Below, piece after piece: positions 1-9,181 of a stretch of DNA of 64,000 nt (position 1 is its first letter; each line of letters begins with the position of its first letter). Position numbers and translations under genes: made by a program. The stretch spans positions 1 to 64,000 of the forward strand of contig JBFJCP010000026.1 in NCBI GenBank assembly GCA_041615815.1, given 5' to 3'. The stretch comes from Gemmatimonadales bacterium. GTDB lineage: Bacteria > Gemmatimonadota > Gemmatimonadetes > Gemmatimonadales > GWC2-71-9. The notes below the pieces were generated by a model, which worked only from the letters and a program-made list of their open reading frames with translations, searched no databases and was not told where the DNA came from.

Positions 1-78
1 GCCCGCCTCTCCTACCTCGCGGCACTCCACGACATCGGCAAGTTCGCCCGCCACACGCCCCATTGCACGGCGAGGTAG
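1..78 (+). pseudogene. 3' remnant of an HD-domain gene (Cas3''-like HD nuclease motif), truncated just after the HD motif; 5' part lies outside the window
   Basis: Frame 1 reads ARLSYLAALHDIGKFARHTPHCTAR* (TAG 76-78). LAALHDIGK is the HD-superfamily motif and resembles Cas3 HD. Only about 15 informative codons are visible. Confidence 0.45.
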
Positions 79-278
79 GGGAACCCCGGTGGCACGAGGA
101 ACGCAACGCGCGCCTCGCCGAGGTCGGCGTTGCCCGCAAGCAGTGCTCCCGCCACACGGCTCGACCCCGTGAGGAGATCTTGATAGGTGAATGCCTCATC
201 ACCCGCGACGACCGCCACACGGGTGCTGTGCTGTCGAGCGCGGGTAACGAGCGGGAGGGTGTCTGTGGGTCTTTCCAT
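12..278 (-). pseudogene. N-terminal fragment (88 aa) of an AMP-binding acyl-CoA synthetase, truncated
   Basis: ATG at 278 gives MERPTDTLPLVTRARQHSTRVAVVAGDEAFTYQDLL...GEARVAFLVPPGFPYLAVQWGVWRA, a typical ANL-family N-terminus. The expected GG(I/V)AVPL continuation is replaced by NLPMSWSAAR*. Confidence 0.7.
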
Positions 279-611
279 GGTGCTCTCGACCGCCTCTGCC
301 GCCCCTGCGTCTCTGACGTCCCGTCCCTCCCCTTTGTCCCGGCTATCCCGCCCAACATTAGCAGAGCGTCCCAGCCGGGGCCACGGGAGGAACGCCGAAT
401 CCCGCGACCTCTGCCACACCCGCCGTATGAGCGCAACAGCGTGGATGGGTCTCCGGAGTCGAATCCTCATGCCACCGCCACCCAACCTACTGCCAGAGGG
501 ACACTTAGTGGCCGGTATAGCACTTGCGAGACACCCAGGGAAGGCCGGCGCCGCGGGGCTCACCACCGCCCCGCCTCCGGGAACCATCTCGTTCCGAGAG
601 GTTTGACACCA

Positions 612-1472
612 ATGCAACCGACCTGCGGATCGCGCCTCCGATACCAGCTGGCGGCGGAGAGCATCACGCCGTTCATCGGTGTGTACGACGTCTTCTCTGC
701 ACGCGTGGCGGCACGACATTTCGACGCGTTGTTTGTCTCCGGCTTTGGGTTTGCGGCGAGTCACTACGGCCTTCCGGACCTCGGCTATATCGCCTGGTCC
801 GACATGTTGGCCTTCGTGGAGCGCCTCCGGGCGGTCCTGCCCGACCACCACCTCTTGGTGGACATCGATGACGGCTACGGCGATCCAGCGGTGGCGGCGC
901 ACGTGGTGAAGCGGCTGGAGGACGCGGGGGCATCGGGGGTGGTACTCGAAGATCAGGCCCGCCCGCGACGGTGTGGGCACCTGGACGGGAAGCAGCTGTT
1001 GCCGTTGGACGTCTACCTTGCGAAGCTCGAGCGCGTCCTCGCCGTACGCGAGGACATGTACGTCATCGCTCGTACCGATGCCACGGAACCGGATGAGATC
1101 CTTCGGCGCGCGCGCGCATTTTCCGGCGCCGGTGCGGATGCCGTCCTCGCCGACGGCCTGAGGAGTCTGAGCGATCTGCGAGCCCTCTCGCGGGGCGTGG
1201 CCTGTCCCATCACATTCAACCAGATTGCTGGCGGGAAATCGCCGCCGACGAGTCTGACGGAGCTCCAAGGCCTCGGTGTCTCCCTCGTGATCTACAGCAC
1301 GCCCTGTCTCTTCGCGGCACAAGAGGCGATCGAGCAGGCCATGGGTGAGCTCCGCACGAGTGACGGACGATTGCCCGCCGCGTCTCCGCGACGCGTGGGG
1401 GTACCCCAATGCACGAGGCTCTTGCGGGAGAGTCATGATCGTCAACGTTCTGTTCCCGCGTCGCTCATCTGA
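612..1472 (+). CDS. Isocitrate lyase/PEP mutase superfamily enzyme (methylisocitrate lyase/oxaloacetate hydrolase-like branch)
   Basis: Motifs GVYDVFSA, SGFGFAAS..GLPDLG, VDIDDGYG, LEDQARPRRCGH and IARTDA. ATG 612 chosen over the track's upstream start. Confidence 0.9.
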   Translation: MQPTCGSRLRYQLAAESITPFIGVYDVFSARVAARHFDALFVSGFGFAASHYGLPDLGYIAWSDMLAFVERLRAVLPDHHLLVDIDDGYGDPAVAAHVVKRLEDAGASGVVLEDQARPRRCGHLDGKQLLPLDVYLAKLERVLAVREDMYVIARTDATEPDEILRRARAFSGAGADAVLADGLRSLSDLRALSRGVACPITFNQIAGGKSPPTSLTELQGLGVSLVIYSTPCLFAAQEAIEQAMGELRTSDGRLPAASPRRVGVPQCTRLLRESHDRQRSVPASLI

Positions 1473-1493
1473 CCCCGCGATGACCACGGAGAG

Positions 1494-3038
1494 GTGTCCG
1501 GCATGTTCTTGAGCTCGAGTGTTGGGAGCCTCATCGAGCCGCTCACGGGTCGGCACTGGGATCGGGCGACCGTTCTCGAGGCGTTTCACCAGCGCACAGC
1601 ATGGCTGGCGGCGCATAGTCTCGAACCTGGGGACCGCGTCTTTCTCCATTATGGCAACACGATCGAGTTCTTTGTCGACCTGCTCGCGGTCTGGAGCCTT
1701 GGCGGTTGTGCGATCCCCATCGATACGCGTCTCACGCATCATGAGGTCGAGACGCTCGCGCAGGCGGCCCGCCCGCGGTTCTCGCTGTGGATCGATTCCC
1801 CGAAGGAGGAGGTCGCGGCTCCGCTGTCGGTGCTCGGGATCCAAATCCTGCGAATGCCGGAGAATGGCAACGGTGGTCCACCGGTGCCGCTCCCGCCGCA
1901 CGACAATCGATTACATCTGGATCGAGAAGCGTTGATCCTGTTCACGTCCGGAACCACGGGACAACCCAAGGGTGTTGTTCACACCCACCGCTCGCTTCGC
2001 GCTCGTTGGATTACGTTGCAGCAGAGTCTCGGACTCCGGCATTTTCGCCGCACACTGTGCCTCTTGCCCACGCATTTTGGTCACGGGCTCATCTGCAACT
2101 GTCTCTTTCCGTGGCTCTCGGGCATGGATCTGTATGTCGTGCCGCCGTTTCGTGCCGACCTCTTGGTCCAGCTCGGGCGGCTGCTTGACGAGCATGAGAT
2201 CACTTTTATGTCCTCCGTCCCCTCGGTGTGGCGTCTCGCGCTGAAGACGGCGGCGCCGCCCACCAAGGGCAGCCTCGAGTGGGTCTTCTGTGGATCTGCA
2301 CCGCTTTCCGCGCATCTCTGGCGGGAAATCATCAAGTGGACCGGTGCCGATCGTGTCATCAATTCCTACGGCATCACCGAGACCGGCAGTTGGGTTGCCG
2401 GCACGACGGTCCCGGAGTTCACCCCCGAAGACGGGCTGATCGGCGTTCCCTGGGGAGCCGTCATCAAGTTGCTCAAGGGGTCCAGCACGGACACGCCTCC
2501 CGCAATGGCTGAAGCGTGTGCGCCGGGCGAAGAGGGGTTTGTCTGGCTCAATACGCCGGCGTTGATGCGCGGCTATTTGGACCGCGACGATCTCACCCGT
2601 GAGGTCGTGTGTCAGGGATGGTTCATGACCGGGGACATCGGTGTGATCAAGCATGGCCACCTCTATCTCTGCGGCCGCGCCCGAGAGGAGATCAATAAGG
2701 GCGGGATGAAGGTTCATCCCGGAGACGTGGACAGCGTGCTGGAGCGTTTTCGCGGAACCCGCGACGTGTGCACGTTTGCGTTGGATGATCCACTGTACGG
2801 TCAAAACCTGGGTGTGGCCCTCGTCATGGACGAGAGCTCACCCGAGCGGATGGCCGAGTTGCACGAGTGGGTCCGGGAGCGTCTCGCCGATCACAAAATG
2901 CCCGCCCAATGGTACTTGGTGGAGCACATCCCGCGCACCTCCCGCGGGAAGATCAATCGCGATGAGGTAGCAAAGTATTGCAGCACGATCGAGCCGGTGC
3001 GCATGCACGCCACGGCGAAGAAAGAACCGACGTCGTGA
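1494..3038 (+). CDS. Class I adenylate-forming enzyme (acyl-CoA/acyl-ACP ligase)
   Basis: LFTSGTTGQPKG P-loop, SYGITE, TGDIG, GRAREEINKGG and PRTSRGK motifs. Confidence 0.92.
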   Translation: MSGMFLSSSVGSLIEPLTGRHWDRATVLEAFHQRTAWLAAHSLEPGDRVFLHYGNTIEFFVDLLAVWSLGGCAIPIDTRLTHHEVETLAQAARPRFSLWIDSPKEEVAAPLSVLGIQILRMPENGNGGPPVPLPPHDNRLHLDREALILFTSGTTGQPKGVVHTHRSLRARWITLQQSLGLRHFRRTLCLLPTHFGHGLICNCLFPWLSGMDLYVVPPFRADLLVQLGRLLDEHEITFMSSVPSVWRLALKTAAPPTKGSLEWVFCGSAPLSAHLWREIIKWTGADRVINSYGITETGSWVAGTTVPEFTPEDGLIGVPWGAVIKLLKGSSTDTPPAMAEACAPGEEGFVWLNTPALMRGYLDRDDLTREVVCQGWFMTGDIGVIKHGHLYLCGRAREEINKGGMKVHPGDVDSVLERFRGTRDVCTFALDDPLYGQNLGVALVMDESSPERMAELHEWVRERLADHKMPAQWYLVEHIPRTSRGKINRDEVAKYCSTIEPVRMHATAKKEPTS

Positions 3039-3304
3039 TGGACCGAGAACGGGTCATCCGGTTTCTCGAGCATGAGCTCCACGTGAATGTCCACGGTGGT
3101 CTCCGAGCCGACACGTCGCTCATCGAATCGGGAGCGCTGGATTCCCTTGGCATCCTTCGGCTTGCCTTGTGGATCGAAAACGAGGTGGGCCGGTCGCTGG
3201 ATCCCTCGACCATTCAATTGCCCACGGACTGGAACACCATAGACAGCATACTCGCCTTCATTGCTAGGACTCGTAACCATGACCGGAGTGCCGCAACCCG
3301 GTGA
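3038..3304 (+). CDS. Acyl carrier protein (phosphopantetheine-binding)
   Basis: 88 aa with LIESGALDSLG..L (DSL phosphopantetheine serine). TGATG overlap with the ligase stop. Confidence 0.88.
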   Translation: MDRERVIRFLEHELHVNVHGGLRADTSLIESGALDSLGILRLALWIENEVGRSLDPSTIQLPTDWNTIDSILAFIARTRNHDRSAATR

Positions 3305-3305
3305 A

Positions 3306-4490
3306 ATGACACTGCGTGCCACCTCTTCCGGTGACACCGCACGAATCCCCCTTCGTATGACCCGCTACGAAGTCGTCCCGTACAGCGACGAGTTCCAGGA
3401 CACCGTGATCGACATCAGTCGGTTCCTGTCCCCCGACTCGCTCGAGCGCCGACGTGCCTACTTCCAATGGAAGTTCTTGGACAATCCCTACGTCGACCCA
3501 ATGATCTATCTGGCCAAGTCCGGTGATCGGGTCGTAGGAATGCGGGCGTTTTCCGGAACGAAGTGGGAAGTGGATGGAAGCGAGTACATGATCCCGTGCG
3601 CCACGAATCTGGTTGTGTTGCCCGAGCACCGTCAGCGGGGAATCGTGCGACAGATCATGGAGGTCGCACACACGGATTTAGCACGTCGAGGATTCCCGAT
3701 CGCGATCAATCTGAGCGCCAGACCCATCACACACATCGCATCACTGAGTATGGGCTGGCGTGGGGCGGGACCGTTGGAGGACGTTCGCCGCGGCACCATC
3801 AGCGATCCGCGCCCGAGACCGGGGATCGGACGAGTGCAGCGTCGGGTGCAGCGTCTCTGGCGGCGAGCCATCGGCTATGCCAAGCGGAGGGTCACCGGAA
3901 GCCGGCCGCCATTCAAGCGGTTCGATCAAGCCGTGGTCCGCTCTCCGCGCCATGGCATTGCCGTGGATCGGTACCCATGGGCGGATTCGATGGCCGGCCT
4001 CGTGAAGCGCCTTCCGTACGATGGACGCCTCCGTCACGTGCGTGACCCGCAGTACCTGGAATGGCGGTATCGGAATCCGCTCTCTGATTACCGTTTCGTC
4101 TATCGCCAACAGCACGGGGTGCTGGAGGGGTACTTGGTGATCGGGACGAAGGCGCGAGAGCACGCGCCCGAGGTCGAGGCCTACATCGTGGACTGGGAGG
4201 CCTCCAGTGCCGAGGTGCGGGCCGCGCTCTTGGAAGCGGTGCTCGACTGGGACGCGTTCGAAGCGCTCGCTGTCTGGCAAAGATGCTTCGATGCGTCGGT
4301 ACGAGCCCTCTTGGCACGACACGGGTTTGAGACCACGGAAACGGACATCAGCATCACGAGCCCGCGTCGTACGGTCCTGATGCGCCCCCTGGGCCGCGCC
4401 GATCGCCAGGACGCGTGGACGCTTGGTGGACGCTCACTCCTGGAGATCGGGAACTGGGATGTCCGGATGATCTATTCCGACGGGTTCTAG
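3306..4490 (+). CDS. GNAT-family acyltransferase (tandem GNAT-like folds)
   Basis: YFQWKFLDNP, VLPEHRQRGI (motif A) and RDPQYLEWRYRNP. Start uncertain (3279, 3306 or 3357). Confidence 0.8.
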   Translation: MTLRATSSGDTARIPLRMTRYEVVPYSDEFQDTVIDISRFLSPDSLERRRAYFQWKFLDNPYVDPMIYLAKSGDRVVGMRAFSGTKWEVDGSEYMIPCATNLVVLPEHRQRGIVRQIMEVAHTDLARRGFPIAINLSARPITHIASLSMGWRGAGPLEDVRRGTISDPRPRPGIGRVQRRVQRLWRRAIGYAKRRVTGSRPPFKRFDQAVVRSPRHGIAVDRYPWADSMAGLVKRLPYDGRLRHVRDPQYLEWRYRNPLSDYRFVYRQQHGVLEGYLVIGTKAREHAPEVEAYIVDWEASSAEVRAALLEAVLDWDAFEALAVWQRCFDASVRALLARHGFETTETDISITSPRRTVLMRPLGRADRQDAWTLGGRSLLEIGNWDVRMIYSDGF

Positions 4491-4603
4491 CAACGGGGGG
4501 GGCGTGACGAAGCGGTGGATCGGCGTCAGGAGATCTGCCCGCACTCTGCGATCACCACGCTGCGGTTGCCGACCGTTGGCCTTTCGTCTGTGGCCTACCG
4601 CCT

Positions 4604-4643
4604 AGCACCAAGCACCAGCACCTAGCACCGAGCACCGAGCACC
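4604..4643. repeat. Short tandem repeat: 6 copies of AGCACC with ~7-bp period
   Basis: Intergenic sequence agcacc a agcacc agcacc t agcacc g agcacc g agcacc. Confidence 0.85.
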
Positions 4644-4699
4644 CATATTCTTCTCCACTCGCAGTCCCGCATCCATCACAATGCCCGAGGGCCACCATC

Positions 4700-5887
4700 G
4701 TGACCGCGCCCGCGCCCCCAACGTCGTTGGAGCAGACGGCCAGCCCGTCGCCGTTTGACACCATTCGTCCCCCTGAGCGCCTTCTCATGGGGCCCGGACC
4801 TTCCAACCCGGACCCCCGAGTTCTCGAGGCCATGTCCCGCACCATGGTCGGGCACCTGGACCCGTACTTTCTGCAGGTCATGGACGAGACCATGCAGATG
4901 CTGCGCAGGGTGTTCCAAACCCAAAACCACCATACGATCCCGATGTCGGGAACTGGAACGTCCGGTCTCGAAACCATCATGCTGAACCTGTTGGAGCCCG
5001 GCGATGAAGTGGTGGTGGGAGTGATCGGGTACTTCGGGCAGCGCCTGCAGGAAATGGCGGCGCGTGCCGGTGCCAACGTGCGGGTCGTCGAAGCGTCGTT
5101 TGGGGAGGTGATTCCGCCGGAGCGGATCGCTCAAGAGCTGACCCGTAAGCCGGCGAAGCTCGTCGCCCTCGTTCACGCCGAGACATCCACCGGTGCCGCC
5201 CAGCCCCTCGAAGAGATTGCACAGATCGCCCATAGCCGCGGCGCGCTGGTCGCCGTGGACTGCGTGACGTCGCTGGGCGGCATGCCGGTGGCTATCGACG
5301 CCTGGGGCATCGACGCGGCGGGCTCGTGCTCCCAGAAGTGTCTGGGCGCGCCTCCCGGGATGGGACCGGTCACGTTGGGGCCGCTCGCAATGGAGATCGT
5401 TCGGAAGCGGAAGGCACCGCCACCAACGTGGTATTTCGATCTGCAGCTGCTGTTCACGTATTGGGGAGACGTCCGTGGGGAGCGGAAACGGGTGTTCCAC
5501 CATACCGCCCCCGTCTCGAGCATTTACGCGTTCCACGAAGCGCTGCGCCTGGTCTTACAGGAAGGTCTGGAAGAGCGGTGGCACCGTCACGAGCGGGCGC
5601 ACGACACGTTCGTCATGGGGCTCGAGCGGCTGGGCCTCTCGCTGTTCACGCCCCGGGCGCATCGACTCCCCATGCTCAATGTCATCGAGATACCGGATGG
5701 CATCGACGACCTCCAAGTCCGTCGAGCGTTGTTGGATCGGGGGATCGAAATCGCCGGAGGGTTTGGCCCGTTGGCCGGCAAGACCTGGCGGGTGGGGTTG
5801 ATGGGTGTCAACGCGGACACCAGTCGCATCCAGCGGTTGCTTGGCGCGTTGGAGGAAGTACTCCACGAGGTGGGTGGGCGCGCGTAG
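4700..5887 (+). CDS. Alanine-glyoxylate/serine-pyruvate aminotransferase (class V, PLP)
   Basis: [35 protein letters not shown] (PLP lysine) and HHTAP. Confidence 0.92.
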   Translation: MTAPAPPTSLEQTASPSPFDTIRPPERLLMGPGPSNPDPRVLEAMSRTMVGHLDPYFLQVMDETMQMLRRVFQTQNHHTIPMSGTGTSGLETIMLNLLEPGDEVVVGVIGYFGQRLQEMAARAGANVRVVEASFGEVIPPERIAQELTRKPAKLVALVHAETSTGAAQPLEEIAQIAHSRGALVAVDCVTSLGGMPVAIDAWGIDAAGSCSQKCLGAPPGMGPVTLGPLAMEIVRKRKAPPPTWYFDLQLLFTYWGDVRGERKRVFHHTAPVSSIYAFHEALRLVLQEGLEERWHRHERAHDTFVMGLERLGLSLFTPRAHRLPMLNVIEIPDGIDDLQVRRALLDRGIEIAGGFGPLAGKTWRVGLMGVNADTSRIQRLLGALEEVLHEVGGRA

Positions 5888-7371
5888 TGCCCGCTGTGGC
5901 AGCGCCCGATTCCCCACCCCCGGAGGCACGCTCCGGACTGGACCCATGGGTCGAGAAGGAGTTGCCGGCTCCTCCGGTACCGAAAGGGCTCGCGTGGGTG
6001 GGGGTCGTTGGGCCCGGGGTCATCGTGCTGGGAGCATCGATCGGGAGTGGCGAGTTCCTGTTGGGACCCGCCGCGTTCGTCCGGTACGGTCTGACCCTGC
6101 TCTGGGTCACCGGCGTGGCCGCGTTTCTCCAAACGGTTTTCAACACCGAACTCATGCGGTACACCCTCGCCACCGGGGAACCGGCGTTCACGGGATTCAT
6201 GCGAACGCCTCCCCGCGCCACCCCCTGGGCTTGGCTCTACGCGTCGCTGTATCTCCTGCAACTGGGATGGCCGGGGTGGGCTGGTGCCGCCGCTGGCGCC
6301 ATCTACTTCTTGGCGGTGGGGCGCCTCGCCGGTCCCGCCGATGCCAGCGCCGTGTATGTGATTGGCGTCGGGACGTTTCTGGCCTGTGTACTCATCCTGC
6401 TCATCGGACGGCGGATCGAGCGAACGCTCGAAATCCTCAATTGGATTCTCGTGGTTGCCATTCTCGGTGGCTTCCTGGTCCTCGGAGTCGTGTTCGTGGC
6501 ACCGGAGACCTGGATCGCGACGGCGGCGGGATTCATCGGTCTCGACGTGCGCTCCGGCAGTTTCAACTTCCTTCCGCGCGGCGCTGATTTCTTTCTCATC
6601 GGCGCGTTTGCCGCCTATTCCGGAGCGGGAGGCATGATCAACGTCACGCTCTCCAGTTGGGCGCGGGACAAGGGCTACGGGATGAGTCGGCATTCGGGCT
6701 ACATCCCCGCCGCCGTGGGAGGGAGGTCCGTGAATTTGGCGCACACGGGGTTCCGATTCCCGATCACCGCCGAGTCACTGGAGCGATGGAGAGGGTGGTG
6801 GCGCATCGTGCGGGTGGATCAGTGGGGCATCTACTTCGTTGGTGCGCTGCTCGGAATGGCGCTCCCGGCGCTCTTGTATGTGGCCTTCGTGCCTGGGGGC
6901 ACCGACATTCGTGGACTTGGCGTCGCCGCGGAGCTGGCTGACGCACTCCGAGCACGCGGCGCCGTGGTTGCGCTGCTCGTCGCATTTCTTGGCGCGTGGA
7001 TCTTGTTCAAGACCCAATTGGATATCCTCGATGCCATGACTCGGGGGCTGACGGACATCCTGTGGACCGGAAACCGGAAGCTGCGTCAGGCACCCGGCAT
7101 GGATGTACGGACGGTCTACTACATTGTCCTCGCCATCGTCGTGGTCTGGGGTGTCATCGCCCTCAGACTGACCCAGCCCATCATTCTGTTGCAGCTCGGC
7201 GCCAACATGGCGGGGATCGTGTTCATCATCGCCTCACTCCACCTGCTCTACGTCAACACCACTCTCCTGGCACCGCCGCTTCGCCCGCCGCTGTGGCGAC
7301 GCGTGGCGTTGGTTGCGTGCGCTCTGTTTTACGGAGTGTTCGTCTCCCTCTGGCTGGCAAACGCGATCTGA
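5887..7371 (+). CDS. Nramp/YcsG-like APC-superfamily transporter
   Basis: GPGVIVLGASIGSGE motif and about 11 hydrophobic segments. GTG 5887 overlaps the upstream TAG. Confidence 0.8.
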   Translation: MPAVAAPDSPPPEARSGLDPWVEKELPAPPVPKGLAWVGVVGPGVIVLGASIGSGEFLLGPAAFVRYGLTLLWVTGVAAFLQTVFNTELMRYTLATGEPAFTGFMRTPPRATPWAWLYASLYLLQLGWPGWAGAAAGAIYFLAVGRLAGPADASAVYVIGVGTFLACVLILLIGRRIERTLEILNWILVVAILGGFLVLGVVFVAPETWIATAAGFIGLDVRSGSFNFLPRGADFFLIGAFAAYSGAGGMINVTLSSWARDKGYGMSRHSGYIPAAVGGRSVNLAHTGFRFPITAESLERWRGWWRIVRVDQWGIYFVGALLGMALPALLYVAFVPGGTDIRGLGVAAELADALRARGAVVALLVAFLGAWILFKTQLDILDAMTRGLTDILWTGNRKLRQAPGMDVRTVYYIVLAIVVVWGVIALRLTQPIILLQLGANMAGIVFIIASLHLLYVNTTLLAPPLRPPLWRRVALVACALFYGVFVSLWLANAI

Positions 7372-7460
7372 CTTCCTCCCGAAAGGGGTCCGACTAGCGG
7401 GATCCCTGATTCGCGTGCACACTTGCTCGTCACGCCCACTCGAAGCATGGGAGGTTTTCG

Positions 7461-8591
7461 GTGCGTGTTCTCCCCTTTGCCTGGCTCGGGGTGGCGGTTG
7501 CGACAGGCGTGGGATGCCAGCCGAGTGTCGACGGCTTCATGGCCGAGCGGATTACCATCGCGCTGGCGCCTGTCCAGGGTGAGCACGCAATTCTGCGGTA
7601 CCATCCCGATGCTCTACCCGGACTCCCGGCGGCTCTCGAGCGGGCACTTGTGTCTCGAGACGTTACGGTCGAGTTGATGCCATACGGTGCCGTCCGAGAT
7701 TTTGCCACTAGGCTGGACTCGGCAGATATCTACGTGTGGCTGCCGGATCCCTCGGGCAACGGTACGCCGCTGGAGCAGCAGCACGCCTTGGCGGAGTGGC
7801 TCGACGCCGGACGAGGCCGTCAGATTCACTTCCACTGGGGTGCGGGAACGATGGGTGCCGATGGAAGGCCTGGAGAACACTTGGACAGGTACGACGCGGT
7901 CTATCTCAATGCTCTGGCGATCGACTACGAGGAGCTGGACCGGCATCAGGACGCCGCGATCGCTTTACTCCGGTCCGGCCTGGTACACGTAACGACTCCC
8001 GCGGGTACGAATCTCAGCCTCGAAGTTGGGGGGCGTCCGTTCAACAAACAGAATGGGGATGCGTCGCGCCGTCGCATCGCATCTGCAGCGATGCGGATCG
8101 ATCGCGAGATCGAGCTGCCCGCCGGTGTGATCCGAGTGGCGCCCGTCGAGACCTCGGTCAATGGAACGATTGTCGTGCCGAGCGCACGGTTCGCAGATGG
8201 CGAAGCGAAGCAGCTCACCCTCACCATCAATGGGGGTGTGGTGACCGCGGTGGCGGCGGCCAGTGGCGCTGGGGTTGCGCGGGCCGCCCTCGAGCGGGAG
8301 CCGGCGCTCGGGCACTTTCGCGAGTTGGGCATCGGGTTCAATCCCATGCTACGGTCGTTGTTAGACGGCGCTTGGGTCCCCTACTACGGATACGGTGAAG
8401 GAATCGTGCGGCTCAGCCTTGGGAACAACGAAGAGCTGGGCGGTGACGTGAGGGGGAGCGGAGTGCGGTGGTTCTTCTTTCCTGATGCAACGGTTCGGGT
8501 GGGTCACGCCGCGCTCGTGGAGGACGGCGTGCTCGTGCGTCTCCCCCATGTCAGCGGTTTTGGCGGCCTCCTCGAGCTAGTGCGCAACTGA
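7461..8591 (+). CDS. Putative M29-like (thermophilic metalloprotease-like) aminopeptidase, probably exported
   Basis: VHVTTPAGTNL, ELPAG, NGTIVV and RELGIGFNP resemble peptidase M29. Hydrophobic N-terminus ends in GVGC. Confidence 0.6.
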   Translation: MRVLPFAWLGVAVATGVGCQPSVDGFMAERITIALAPVQGEHAILRYHPDALPGLPAALERALVSRDVTVELMPYGAVRDFATRLDSADIYVWLPDPSGNGTPLEQQHALAEWLDAGRGRQIHFHWGAGTMGADGRPGEHLDRYDAVYLNALAIDYEELDRHQDAAIALLRSGLVHVTTPAGTNLSLEVGGRPFNKQNGDASRRRIASAAMRIDREIELPAGVIRVAPVETSVNGTIVVPSARFADGEAKQLTLTINGGVVTAVAAASGAGVARAALEREPALGHFRELGIGFNPMLRSLLDGAWVPYYGYGEGIVRLSLGNNEELGGDVRGSGVRWFFFPDATVRVGHAALVEDGVLVRLPHVSGFGGLLELVRN

Positions 8592-8598
8592 CCTACCC

Positions 8599-9180
8599 GT
8601 GACATGGATTCGGACGATTCCTCCCAAAGAGGCGGGCGGCGCGCTCCGGCGCATTTATGAGGCTAGCCAGCACGATTTTGGCTTCATTCCGAACATTCGA
8701 CGAGCGCTGAGTCTGAACCCGGAAGCGTTGCGAGCCTATACGCAGCTCAGCGGGGCCGTCTATGGTAGTGGCCCGCTCTCTGAACGTGAACGAGAGCTCA
8801 TCGCAACCGTAGTCTCTGCGCTCAACGATTGTCATTATTGAAAGGAAGCGCACGCAGAGTTTCTGCGAACGGTGACCCGGGATGACGACTTGGTCAATGC
8901 CGTCAAGCGAGATTGGCGCACCGCAAATCTGAGCACACGAGAGCGCGCGATCCTATCCTTTTGCCAAAAACTGAAGCTGACACCGAGCGCGGTGAGTGCG
9001 ACGGATGCGGAAGCGCTCCGCGATGCGACACTCGATGACGCAAGTTTCTTGTCCGTGGTGATGGTCACGGCGTTCTTCCAGATGGCAACGCGCATCGCCG
9101 ACGGTCTTGGCGTCGACTTGGATGACGAACTGACCAGGGGCACCGAAGCGTACCGGCGGTTCGTCGCAAGGGGATCCTGA
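8599..9180 (+). CDS. AhpD/CMD-like peroxidase-related protein, probable selenoprotein (CxxU, TGA 8839-8841 read as Sec), 193 aa
   Basis: Track ORFs 8599-8841 and 8872-9180 are in one frame. Read-through gives ERELIATVVSALNDCHY-U-KEAH, which matches the AhpD motif E..A..VS..N.CxxC...H. A SECIS-like hairpin follows. Confidence 0.85.
8853..8867 (+). promoter_or_regulatory. Putative bacterial SECIS hairpin
   Basis: CGCAGA-GTT-TCTGCG: perfect 6-bp stem, G-first loop, 17 nt between the TGA and the loop. Confidence 0.65.
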
Positions 9181-9181
9181 T

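Noticed and set aside
612..1472. PEP mutase / phosphonate biosynthesis cluster
   Set aside because: The EDKxxxxxNS signature is absent; the protein has the CGH-type lyase loop.
12..1901. 629-aa minus-strand ORF and other long antisense ORFs (e.g. 15057-16634, 38022-39770, 54301-55863, 56507-58087, 58911-61208)
   Set aside because: They are shadow frames of well-supported genes in high-GC DNA and have no motifs. Only 12-278 of the first looks real.
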